Source: a virus
Lineage: Duplodnaviria > Caudoviricetes
IMG/VR virus record: IMGVR_UViG_3300042934_000302
Span: 1-58,412 of that record
DNA: 58,412 nt
Direction: 5' to 3' (one strand)
The translations under genes and the position numbers were made by a program. This document shows positions 1 through 8,788 of this stretch, piece after piece. Position 1 is the first letter of the stretch, and each line of letters opens with the position of its first letter. The notes beneath the pieces were generated by a model. The model searched no databases and was not told the DNA's origin. It saw nothing but the letters and a program-made list of their open reading frames with translations.

Positions 1-93
1 GGCTAGTCGAACGATTCAAGGATGCGGCCGGCAAGCGCGCATTACAATCACTGTTCGCGACGAAAGCACCCGAAGATTGGCTGAACGAAAAAT
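1..93 (+). repeat. Terminal overlap, copy 1 (circular assembly)
   Basis: ggctagtcgaacgattcaagg...gaacgaaaaat is identical to 58320-58412. Confidence 0.97.
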
Positions 94-1121
94 CAGCGGA
101 AGAAACTATCGAACTATTGACGAAACATCTCGATAAGATTAAAATGAGAACATGCGTTCGACAAGAAGTTGGCACGAATGTAAAAACGGATACCGATAAA
201 TTTATCGAAGAATACGAACGACGGAAATCAGGCGATAGCTTCAAGATGTGGAAGTCGGCATTTCCGCGAATCAATCGTGAAGTCGGCGGCTACGTGTCCG
301 GCAACGTCTATACGATTTATGGGCGTTCTGGTCGTGGTAAATCGGTCATTGCGATCGAGGAAGCCGTTGGCATGGCGATGCAGGGTGCGAACGTGCTGAT
401 ATGGAGCATGGAGATGGGCTGGTTCGAAGTGCTCGTTCGTATTTACGTTAGCTTATCGGCGCGGCAAAAGATAACGAAAGTAGAACTCGACGGCGCTACG
501 ATGGCTGCCGGATTTAACGCAGCAGACGTTCGCGCTGGCAAGCTAGGCGATGACTTCGAAGAGGGATTCCGCGACTTCCTTAAGCATATGAACGAGTTGA
601 TGCCAGGGAGTATCACGGTGCGCAGCGTAGATGACGATGATTTTAATAAACGTGATTTACGAGCGCTTGAGTCGGATATACTCGCGACTAAAGCCGACGT
701 CGTTGTCGTAGATCCGTTTTATTACCTCGACTATGAACGCAACACTTCGAAAACGGCCGGTGGCGACGCAGCAGCTACAAGCATCGCGCTTAGGCGATTA
801 ACAGGCCGAATGCACGTCGTTACTTTTCCGATCACACAAGCCGACGAATCGAAGGATGATAAGACAGACGAAGGCGAACGCGAGCTGAAACAGCCACAAC
901 GCGCTGACGTTAAGAAAACAAAACAGCTGCTCGAAGATGCGTATATGCTGATTACAGTGGATACTGACTACAAGCAACGTCGCGGCTATATTTGGCTGAA
1001 TAAGGGGCGCGATGGGGGCGAGGGTACGGAGATCGAACTCTCATACATCCCATCGGTTGGTATTGTTCGTGAAATGCCAAGTGGCGAAGAAATTGCTGGC
1101 GAGTTTACACTGCCATTTTAG
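3..1121 (+). CDS. DnaB-like replicative helicase, C-terminal part (gene starts at 58085 and crosses the join, about 451 aa)
   Basis: Walker A GRSGRGKS, SMEM motif, VVVVDPFY Walker B, KGRDG motif; frame open back through position 3 into 58085-58319. Confidence 0.9.
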   Translation, partial: LVERFKDAAGKRALQSLFATKAPEDWLNEKSAEETIELLTKHLDKIKMRTCVRQEVGTNVKTDTDKFIEEYERRKSGDSFKMWKSAFPRINREVGGYVSGNVYTIYGRSGRGKSVIAIEEAVGMAMQGANVLIWSMEMGWFEVLVRIYVSLSARQKITKVELDGATMAAGFNAADVRAGKLGDDFEEGFRDFLKHMNELMPGSITVRSVDDDDFNKRDLRALESDILATKADVVVVDPFYYLDYERNTSKTAGGDAAATSIALRRLTGRMHVVTFPITQADESKDDKTDEGERELKQPQRADVKKTKQLLEDAYMLITVDTDYKQRRGYIWLNKGRDGGEGTEIELSYIPSVGIVREMPSGEEIAGEFTLPF

Positions 1122-1212
1122 AAAATTGGTTGAAATTACCTATGGATTGGAAACATTTACCACTTTAATTTATTGTTACAAAAATTTAGACTATTAAGGA
1201 GGGCTATCATAT

Positions 1213-2166
1213 ATGGATGTTCGCGCCGAATTGGAACAGTATGAGTGGACGAACGCTGAGTGGTCGGATGACAAGCTACTGGCTGCGTCGCCATTCCGGT
1301 ATGACCGTAAGCCATCATTTTATGTGTGGTTACGTGATAATCCGTCAAGCCATGCGAAAGCCGGTTACTGGGCCGACCTTGGCCATTATGATCAATCGTA
1401 TGCTCGCGGCGGCATATCGAAGCTACTCGCCTATCTCCGGCACGAAACGGAAGAAGAAACGGACGAGTATCTGCACGAAAAGTACGGTACGGATCTCGTC
1501 AATGATTCCCCCGACGATGATCGTTGGCATATCGTCGCGCCACGGTTACACTCGATCTATCATCCGCGACCGTTGCTCGAATCGAAGTTGCCACATGAGC
1601 CATCGTCCATTCATCCGTATCTAAATCGACGGGGCATATCATCCGCGACACAGCAGTTATTCGATATTCGCTACGATACTAATTCGCAGGCGATTGCGAT
1701 TCCCTGGCGGTTGCCCAGCGGTAACTTAGCCAACGTGAAGTATCGTAAGGTTTACGGTAAAACGTTCTGGTACGAAAAAGGCGCGTGGCCAATTCGTGAT
1801 TTAATATTCGGCATTGACGTAGCTTATCGCCAGCGACCGAAAGTTTGCGCGATCCTCGAAGCTGAGATCGATGCAATGTCGGTAGTCGAATCAGGTTATT
1901 CGGCAGTGGCAACGGGTGGCGTGGCGTTTGGCCGCGAAAAGTTGGACGTGCTATTACGGGCACCTGTCGATGAGTACGTGATTTTAAGCGATAACGATAA
2001 GGCTGGCGATAAATTACGAGAATTATTGATCGAAGGGTTATCGTCGGTGAAACGGGTGAGATTAGCGAGAGTAGATGCAAGGTGGAAAGACGCGAATGAA
2101 GCGTTAGTTAACGGAGGAACGAAAGCGATCGATGATGCGTTACGTAATGCTCTGTACGTCAAATGA
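1213..2166 (+). CDS. DnaG-like primase (TOPRIM)
   Basis: SPFR..PSF N-terminus, YLNRRGI, LEAEIDAMS and DNDKAG TOPRIM motifs, KDANE; follows the helicase. Confidence 0.9.
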   Translation: MDVRAELEQYEWTNAEWSDDKLLAASPFRYDRKPSFYVWLRDNPSSHAKAGYWADLGHYDQSYARGGISKLLAYLRHETEEETDEYLHEKYGTDLVNDSPDDDRWHIVAPRLHSIYHPRPLLESKLPHEPSSIHPYLNRRGISSATQQLFDIRYDTNSQAIAIPWRLPSGNLANVKYRKVYGKTFWYEKGAWPIRDLIFGIDVAYRQRPKVCAILEAEIDAMSVVESGYSAVATGGVAFGREKLDVLLRAPVDEYVILSDNDKAGDKLRELLIEGLSSVKRVRLARVDARWKDANEALVNGGTKAIDDALRNALYVK

Positions 2167-2192
2167 CGTACGTTACGGAAGGACGCCCGGAT

Positions 2193-2411
2193 TTACCGGG
2201 ATGCCCGCTCAAATTCGTAAAGTTCCTCGATGGTTACGTTTAGGACTTCCGCGATATTCTTCGCAGTTCGTAACGTCATTACACGGCGATGGCTAATGTA
2301 ATCGTTGATTTGTTGCCGCGACATGTGCAGCTTATCGGTTAAGTAGCTTCGTTCCAACCGTTTACTTTCGAGGATATCTTCGAGCAGGCAACGTCCGACC
2401 TCGTAAAGCAT
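2193..2411 (-). CDS. XRE-family HTH regulator
   Basis: HTH pattern MSRQQINDYISHRRVMTLRTAKNIAEVLNVTIEELY; RBS ggagg. Confidence 0.85.
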   Translation of the reverse strand: MLYEVGRCLLEDILESKRLERSYLTDKLHMSRQQINDYISHRRVMTLRTAKNIAEVLNVTIEELYEFERASR

Positions 2412-2435
2412 GCCGGCGTTCCTCCACTATTTTAT

Positions 2436-2663
2436 TTATAGATTTACTTTTACTACTTTTTCAATTGGTACATTTAGTGCTGTGCATATTTTTAATATAT
2501 TTTCCATAGAAATCAGTTCATTTCTATTTATTTGAGCTATGATCGTTGGATGTAATATATTATAATCTCCGCGCCCTCTTCGTAAATCATTAAGGGTAAT
2601 ATGCTTCTCTTCTAATGTACGAAGTAGGGGCACATATGACACAGATCGTTCAATATCAGTCAT
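2436..2663 (-). CDS. Cro/C1-type (HTH_26-like) regulator, candidate lysogeny repressor
   Basis: SYVPLLRTL...ISMENILKICTALNVPIEKVV; ATG at 2663 has a GGAGG RBS (track start 2696 is probably too long). Confidence 0.85.
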   Translation of the reverse strand: MTDIERSVSYVPLLRTLEEKHITLNDLRRGRGDYNILHPTIIAQINRNELISMENILKICTALNVPIEKVVKVNL

Positions 2664-2690
2664 GACTATCCTCCTAATTATATCGTTAGG

Positions 2691-2720
2691 GTTCAACTTT
2701 TTGAACCATTGTTGTATAAT
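2691..2720 (+). promoter_or_regulatory. Palindromic operator GTTCAA-N4-TTGAAC overlapping a putative sigmaA promoter for aimR (TTCAAC-17-TATAAT)
   Basis: GTTCAActttTTGAAC at 2691-2706; TATAAT at 2715-2720; second copy at 4087. Confidence 0.6.
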
Positions 2721-2763
2721 ATATCTATATTATAACGAATATATACATTAAATTAAACAGTGT

Positions 2764-3951
2764 GTGGTGATTTTTATGCAGAGCTTGAATGATATTTTCG
2801 AACAAGTATGGGAAGACGCTGAAGCACATCAAGGGAAAAGGTTAACAAAAGTACAATTAGCTTCCCTTGCTGGTTGCAGCAGTTCATTACTAACTAAATA
2901 TACAAATGGCGAAGAGGAGATAAGTTTTCCTATCCTTATTCGTTTAATTCGGGAATTGTATGAAGATGAACATGTTTACTTTGCCCCTGTTTTAGATAAC
3001 CCATTTGATTATATGGAGCGCATGGAAAATATTCGTTGGTTTATGCAGTATTTATTATTTTCAAGGCGTATCCGCAGTCTTGAAATGATGCTAAATAGTG
3101 ATAGGTTCCAAGATAACCGAAAAAATAAGGACTTCATTAAGATTTTTAAACTATTTGTTAACTATTATAATATGAAGGACATCATAGAAGAATTACATAA
3201 TTACTCCCCTAAACATCCTGAAACTAAAGCTCTCAAGTTAATTTTGTCTGCGTTTATTGCTCACCGAGAGAAAAACTATATTGTTATGTATTCATACTAT
3301 CCGCGGTTAATAAGCGCGATCAACGATGTAACTGATGTGTTTTTACATGATTCATTTTTATTACAAGCTAAGCAAATTAACATGTGCGGCGAACTTTACG
3401 TTAATACAAACTTTCCCGTTGCGAGAAAACTAGCAATGGAAATTATTTCTTCAAAAATATGCGCAGAATTCAAAACTGAGTCGTACTATATAGTGGGAAC
3501 ATCGTACATGTTCGTAGACTTCGAAAAATCGATGCATAACTACGAAGAATATCGGAAACAGTTGATTGAATACGGGAGGGTTTGTGAAGCAGAGATCGTT
3601 AAATTATGTGACGAAGTGTTTTTAAAGATACTTCACGGTAAAATCGATCGAAGTGAAATTAACGATATGTCCGAATTAGCTCATTATGAGGCACGATGGG
3701 GAAATCGTGATACTGCGCAAAAATTGGCTGAGCAGTCGATTGAAAGATATGGTTACTCTATTTTTAGGGACTACTATCTATCGCTTGCCAAAATGGATGG
3801 CAGTGAGCTATTCCGTGTATTAGTCAAGATGCTTGTATCCGGAAAACGTATTTACGCGTGCATGGTTTATAAAAGTCTACAGGCATTCAGTGATTTCCAA
3901 ATACCATCAAAAATATTGATGGAAAACTATAAACTGGAGATGGTTGTTTGA
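2764..3951 (+). CDS. aimR: AimR-like arbitrium peptide receptor (N-terminal HTH plus helical TPR-like region); start may be ATG 2776
   Basis: About 390 aa, HTH (LASLAGCSSSLLTKYTNGEEEISF), AimR-like C-terminal motifs (YYIVGTSYMF, SELAHYE); followed directly by a secreted peptide ORF. Confidence 0.85.
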   Translation: MVIFMQSLNDIFEQVWEDAEAHQGKRLTKVQLASLAGCSSSLLTKYTNGEEEISFPILIRLIRELYEDEHVYFAPVLDNPFDYMERMENIRWFMQYLLFSRRIRSLEMMLNSDRFQDNRKNKDFIKIFKLFVNYYNMKDIIEELHNYSPKHPETKALKLILSAFIAHREKNYIVMYSYYPRLISAINDVTDVFLHDSFLLQAKQINMCGELYVNTNFPVARKLAMEIISSKICAEFKTESYYIVGTSYMFVDFEKSMHNYEEYRKQLIEYGRVCEAEIVKLCDEVFLKILHGKIDRSEINDMSELAHYEARWGNRDTAQKLAEQSIERYGYSIFRDYYLSLAKMDGSELFRVLVKMLVSGKRIYACMVYKSLQAFSDFQIPSKILMENYKLEMVV

Positions 3952-4085
3952 AAAAGGCTATTTTGGTGATCGCGGTAGTAGTACTGGCAGTTGGATTTGG
4001 ATTTACAAATGATAATGGTAAGTCTTCAGCGAGTGGTACTAGGATAACGACGAATATGGCAGACCCTGGCGGTGGTGGTTTGTAA
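3948..4085 (+). CDS. aimP: AimP-like arbitrium pro-peptide, 45 aa MKKAILVIAVVVLAVGFGFTNDNGKSSASGTRITTNMADPGGGGL
   Basis: TTG start overlapping the aimR stop, RBS ggaga 7 nt upstream, signal peptide, C-terminal DPGGGG motif; absent from the ORF track. Confidence 0.88.
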   Translation: MKKAILVIAVVVLAVGFGFTNDNGKSSASGTRITTNMADPGGGGL

Positions 4086-4086
4086 G

Positions 4087-4125
4087 GTTCAACATATTGA
4101 ACAATTTTACGAATGCAAATATAGT
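4087..4125 (+). promoter_or_regulatory. Second GTTCAA-N4-TTGAAC operator overlapping a sigmaA-like promoter TTGAAC-17-TATAGT upstream of the sigma-like gene
   Basis: GTTCAAcataTTGAAC at 4087-4102; TATAGT at 4120-4125. Confidence 0.6.
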
Positions 4126-4195
4126 AAATTTTTGCTATGATCGGTCTGAGGTATGCTAGACTTATAGTATTATATTAGAAAAGAGGTCTTGCCAC

Positions 4196-4816
4196 TTGGA
4201 TCGGCAAAAACTGAATAATCTCGTACTTATTTACTTGAAAGATCATGATGATGATGTGTTCACACAGATCTACAAAATGATCAGAATTACCTGGTCAGGA
4301 AAACTTGGACAACATGCACGAAGCATCAGATCTGATCCGCAAGAGTTAGAAGAGTACTACGAGAACAAGCTGCTTAAATGTTTGTCGACTTTCGATGGTT
4401 CACGAGATTTTTGGAACTATTATCACTCATCGATAACACGAGCGCGATGCGATTTATATCGAAAGACAAAAAGTCGCTTAGACAAAGAAATGCTTGAGTC
4501 TGATATTAATCGTAATGACTCAAGCGGGCAATCAACGTTTGAACTCATCATAACAAACATACCGCACGATGGAACACTCGAAAAGATACGTAGTCAGCGG
4601 CAACTGATTGCGCATCTAATGTCAAAGTCGAAAGACTCACGAGTATCCATTATCGTGAATGCGGTGTTATCTGATGATAATCCTAAACTGTGCCCGACGG
4701 CAATCGAGCAAGCTACGGGAATCAAACGCGATACTGTGATGCGATGCTTGAAAAAGCTCGCAAAGGAATTTGATCGTGACCTCTTTGGCGATTGGCACGA
4801 CTACTTAACTTGTTAA
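4196..4816 (+). CDS. Sigma-70/ECF-like phage sigma factor or positive regulator
   Basis: Region-2-like segment (LLKCLSTFDGSRDFWNYYHSSITRARCDLYRK) and C-terminal HTH (PTAIEQATGIKRDTVMRCLKKL). Confidence 0.7.
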   Translation: MDRQKLNNLVLIYLKDHDDDVFTQIYKMIRITWSGKLGQHARSIRSDPQELEEYYENKLLKCLSTFDGSRDFWNYYHSSITRARCDLYRKTKSRLDKEMLESDINRNDSSGQSTFELIITNIPHDGTLEKIRSQRQLIAHLMSKSKDSRVSIIVNAVLSDDNPKLCPTAIEQATGIKRDTVMRCLKKLAKEFDRDLFGDWHDYLTC

Positions 4817-5020
4817 TTGCAATACATCTGTTTTACGGTTGTTGATTATATAAACAAATATGTTGACTATAGTAAATAACCGCATTTTTATTATAACTGT
4901 TTTTAATTATTTTGTGTAGTAAATTATTTATTTAATATTGTTTTAACAACTTGTTAAACCTTTAAAAACTATGTTTAATATAATTTTTGAATCTACTTTA
5001 AAATAAAGGATCTGATTATA

Positions 5021-5599
5021 ATGAATGGGTTTAATTTTGGTGATCGTTGGTCTGCCCATCTTCCGCGGGTAAGTAATCATGCAATCGATCGTGCAATACA
5101 ACGGTTTAAGGTATCGCATAAAACCGCATCAAAGTGGGTAATCGACCACCTACGTGAATCACGGTTCATCAGCAGTATAACCGGAATTGATGGAAAGCAT
5201 GCATACTTATTTTCGTGTCGCGACATTGGTTTGGTCGTAAGCGACGATTTGACCACGATCATGACCGTGATTGTCCCGAACAACCCGAGATATCATGGCG
5301 CAGCTGATCGGCCAATCCGTGAGCGATTCGTTAAACTTGCGCGTACAGAGCTACGTAAGGCAGAAACGGTTGAGCAACGCGTGAAGCGGATTAACGAGCG
5401 CACAATTGCGGAGTTGAACGTTGAAATAGCGCAGTTAACATTAGCGCTTATGCGATTGCGGTCACAGGCGAAGATATTCGCGTACAAGGCACGAATCGCT
5501 GCGATCAACATGCGTATTGACGAGTTAAAAACGGAAGCTGCCGAAGCCACTAAGCAACATTGTATAGTCGCGAAAACAGTCGCAGGGTTCGTATCATGA
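5021..5599 (+). CDS. Hypothetical protein (SNHAIDRAIQR motif, C-terminal coiled coil)
   Basis: 192-aa ORF with RBS aagga, operon orientation. Confidence 0.75.
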   Translation: MNGFNFGDRWSAHLPRVSNHAIDRAIQRFKVSHKTASKWVIDHLRESRFISSITGIDGKHAYLFSCRDIGLVVSDDLTTIMTVIVPNNPRYHGAADRPIRERFVKLARTELRKAETVEQRVKRINERTIAELNVEIAQLTLALMRLRSQAKIFAYKARIAAINMRIDELKTEAAEATKQHCIVAKTVAGFVS

Positions 5600-5715
5600 G
5601 CCGGTTATGCGATGCATTTATACTGATGTTTGCGGTGATCGGAATGGGAACGGTAGTCAGTATGATATACGATTGGATTACGGTGAAAATTAAACGAATT
5701 AAGGAGCGTGTGTAA
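5596..5715 (+). CDS. Small membrane peptide (39 aa)
   Basis: ATGA overlap with upstream gene, stop abuts next ATG; one hydrophobic segment. Confidence 0.55.
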   Translation: MSRLCDAFILMFAVIGMGTVVSMIYDWITVKIKRIKERV

Positions 5716-6450
5716 ATGAGTTATATCGCGAAAAAAGGTAAGGCGGCAGCTGAATCGGCATTGGCGGAAAAGGAAGATCTTAGCAACGCACTGGTTTCGC
5801 TAAAAAGTGGGGTATCGTTAAAGGTTCGTGTGGCTAGTGTAGAGGATTTCGTTGAATATTTCGCAGCCAGCGTTTACAAAGTATTCTACACGACGCCGGT
5901 CGAACCAGGAAACCTATATCAGAAAGCCGCAGCCGTGCTGTATGATGAAGCGAAGAAAGCGAAAGATGCCGGTGATGATACGAAATCCGAAGAACTCCGC
6001 AATCAAGCGTACCAAATTAAACCGAAGCCACGTTACTTGCTCGGATTCATTAACCTTGCCGATGGCCAGCCGATTGTTGTTGACTTGTCGAAGGCACAGG
6101 CGAAAGTCATTATCGCCGCGATCGAAAAGAATGCGAAGAAACTCGATCGCAAGCCGTTTGAACTCGCAAAGGACGGTAAATCAAAGAGTACAGTCGTTAG
6201 CTTAACGCCACTTGACGCTGATGAGGAAAGTGAAGATTTAACGCCGACAGAAAAGAAAACGTTTGAAGCAACGAAAGACGCGAAGGTACCCGATGATCTA
6301 TACGAAAAGGTACTGAGCGTAAAGTCCATCGATGATCAGGCGGAGGATCTCGAAAAGTTTGGGTTCGACGTAAGCCGGATTGGTATTACAGGCGATAAAG
6401 ACTTCGAAGCTGCTGACCGTGCTGTTGAAAATCCGGAAGATTTATTTTAA
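5716..6450 (+). CDS. Putative single-stranded DNA-binding protein
   Basis: Upstream of the polymerase; acidic C-terminal tail ending EDLF. Confidence 0.5.
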   Translation: MSYIAKKGKAAAESALAEKEDLSNALVSLKSGVSLKVRVASVEDFVEYFAASVYKVFYTTPVEPGNLYQKAAAVLYDEAKKAKDAGDDTKSEELRNQAYQIKPKPRYLLGFINLADGQPIVVDLSKAQAKVIIAAIEKNAKKLDRKPFELAKDGKSKSTVVSLTPLDADEESEDLTPTEKKTFEATKDAKVPDDLYEKVLSVKSIDDQAEDLEKFGFDVSRIGITGDKDFEAADRAVENPEDLF

Positions 6451-6464
6451 GGGGGTCCATATAA

Positions 6465-7589
6465 TTGGTGAAATTAAACGTTGAAAAACTTGCAGATAAC
6501 GCGGTGAAGTTTGGCGGTGATGTGTACGTAAAGACAACGGGTAAACCGAAGGTTAGCGATTTGGTTCGTGCTGGAGATGACGATATTGGTATTGATAAAG
6601 GATCGTTTTACCAGGCAGTTTCAATCGATTCGGATGGTGACCCGCACTTCCGTGATAATGATGATGATGGGAACTGGATACGCCCTTACGATACATTCGC
6701 GAAACTGTCCGTTGGTACTCGCGTAAAGATTATGGGAAATAGCGAAAATACAACGGTTCCTTTCGGGGATACGCATAGATTTTCAATCGGTGATATACGG
6801 GAAGTTGTTGAATTACGTACTCATGGGGTTAAATTACCTGGAAGTTGCGCAAATGTAGGATTCGGAGACTTCGAAATTTTCGATGACGACAAATCATCAA
6901 CGCAATCATTCGAAGATGGTGCGTCATATACCTACGAAGGAAAATCGTATACCTTGCGCAAACGTATGCCGCGCGATGGCGAACTCGTCCTTATTACGGA
7001 GGACGGCGATTCATATTACGGAAAAGTAACTACGCCAGTTGATATCGACAACAGCGATGACAGTATTCGCGATGATAACGATAATTGGCACTACGTCAGT
7101 GATAACGAGTTCCTGACGTTGGAAGATGCAGACGCGAAGACCCCGAAGAGTTATAACGATGGCGATACGTATGAGTACGAGGGTAAATCATATGTGCTAC
7201 GAAATCGTAAGGCGAAAACCGGAGAAAAAGTACTCGTAGTCATGGAACAGTACAGCGCAAGGTACAAAAATGGTGATGTTCTTACGGTTAAAGATGATGA
7301 TTCTTGGGATGATGGCGAAGCTATACGTAGTGAAGAATCCGATACGTCTCTTTATCATTCAGAATATCTCGTACTCGAACCGACCGCCAGCGAAGCACCA
7401 ACGTCATCACATACGTTCACCGTACGATTGAAAAGCGGTCGTGAACTACCGATCACCGACGAAAATGCCGAAACAGTTGCAGATCTTATCGCCACTAGCG
7501 TTGATGACGGAGACTTCGTTCATGCCCAACTGTTTACCGCATTAGTGAATATCGACACCATTACGATTGCAACGAAAGCAGGCGATTAA
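6465..7589 (+). CDS. Hypothetical acidic protein with repeated SH3/KOW-like modules
   Basis: Internal repeat YTYEGKSYTLRKR / YEYEGKSYVLRNR. Confidence 0.7.
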   Translation: MVKLNVEKLADNAVKFGGDVYVKTTGKPKVSDLVRAGDDDIGIDKGSFYQAVSIDSDGDPHFRDNDDDGNWIRPYDTFAKLSVGTRVKIMGNSENTTVPFGDTHRFSIGDIREVVELRTHGVKLPGSCANVGFGDFEIFDDDKSSTQSFEDGASYTYEGKSYTLRKRMPRDGELVLITEDGDSYYGKVTTPVDIDNSDDSIRDDNDNWHYVSDNEFLTLEDADAKTPKSYNDGDTYEYEGKSYVLRNRKAKTGEKVLVVMEQYSARYKNGDVLTVKDDDSWDDGEAIRSEESDTSLYHSEYLVLEPTASEAPTSSHTFTVRLKSGRELPITDENAETVADLIATSVDDGDFVHAQLFTALVNIDTITIATKAGD

Positions 7590-7973
7590 TTGGACGAACA
7601 GTTAACGAAGGGCGATCGTAGCGAGCTGATCGCAATCACCGCATTCCTCGCGAAAGGATGGGACGTTTGCCAGCCGGTAGCCACGCGACCATATGATTTA
7701 ACCGTTGAACCGCCGGAGGGTGGACGGATACTCAAAGCGCAGGTAAAAACTATTCGCGAGCGGGCTGACCGGCCAGGCTACTTAATCATCCAAGCGCGGA
7801 ATCACGCAAAGCAGGCGTACCCAACGAGTGATGTCGATCTCATCGTGGGCGTTGACGGGCGCGACGTATATGTGATCGAGAACGACGGCAAGCAATCGGA
7901 ATTTTGGACGAAAAAGAGCGAACCGAAGTGGACGAAGCTAAACGAAAACGACGATGTGGAGGCGATTGTATGA
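7590..7973 (+). CDS. PD-(D/E)XK endonuclease, group I intron-associated type (PDDEXK_5-like), free-standing
   Basis: KG..SE, PYDL, QVKT, Y...DVDLI motifs. Confidence 0.8.
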   Translation: MDEQLTKGDRSELIAITAFLAKGWDVCQPVATRPYDLTVEPPEGGRILKAQVKTIRERADRPGYLIIQARNHAKQAYPTSDVDLIVGVDGRDVYVIENDGKQSEFWTKKSEPKWTKLNENDDVEAIV

Positions 7974-8788
7974 AGGTAACACTCGAAGGAAACGCGGAAG
8001 ATATTCGTAAGGTGCTTGGCACGGAGGTTGACGAGTCTAATGTTGCAATTACGTATGAAAATGACGAACAGCATACGTTCAAAGTTGGCGAAAAAGCTCG
8101 ATTAATAAAGCTTAGTATAACAACTCGTGGTTTTAGCGAAGGAGAAGTAGTTCGTATTGTGGATAATAGAATATCCCCAGAGCAGGGTCGCGTGGCGTTT
8201 TCGAAATTAAATAATTCACACGATACAGGATTTGCGGATCCGGCCGATCTTGAGCCAATTAAGCAACTCACTCGCCGCGAAATCGTGGAAAAGGCGAAGG
8301 CTGACGTAGCCGATATAATCGCGAAAGCGAAAGGTAGCAAACGAAATCATGACGGTAATTATACGTTTCGCGAAAAAGTAACCTACGTAAAGTTTAACGT
8401 TAATCGTGAGAAACGAACCGTTGCTGCACTTATTTATAGTAATATTGACGATAAGCTGCTCGAAAAAGGAATAGCTAAAGTTGCGCCGGATGACGTGTTT
8501 AACGTGGATATCGGAAAGGCTATTTCGGCTCATCGTGCGTACGGACTTGACGTTCCAGACGAGTATCTTAACGCGCCAAAGCCGGAAGGAGTTGCGGTTG
8601 GAGATACGATTATTAGTCGAGGGATTCTTAGCGGAAAAGGAATTGTGACCGCAGTAAGACCACATGGATATGGTGATTGGAATAGAGGACTAACATTTAA
8701 ACGAGCTGATGGTCGTAACGTGTGGACTTATATTGAGAAAGTAGTCGTAATCGATGATAGCGACCGGAATTACGATGTTGCCGAATGA
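7970..8788 (+). CDS. Hypothetical phage protein
   Basis: ATG 7970 with ggagg RBS; common phage motif GIAKVAPDDVFNVDIGKAIS. Confidence 0.75.
   Translation: MKVTLEGNAEDIRKVLGTEVDESNVAITYENDEQHTFKVGEKARLIKLSITTRGFSEGEVVRIVDNRISPEQGRVAFSKLNNSHDTGFADPADLEPIKQLTRREIVEKAKADVADIIAKAKGSKRNHDGNYTFREKVTYVKFNVNREKRTVAALIYSNIDDKLLEKGIAKVAPDDVFNVDIGKAISAHRAYGLDVPDEYLNAPKPEGVAVGDTIISRGILSGKGIVTAVRPHGYGDWNRGLTFKRADGRNVWTYIEKVVVIDDSDRNYDVAE

Noticed and set aside
2691-2706. SOS (LexA/DinR) box
   Set aside because: The Bacillus box is GAAC-N4-GTTC; here the half-sites are in the opposite order with different spacing
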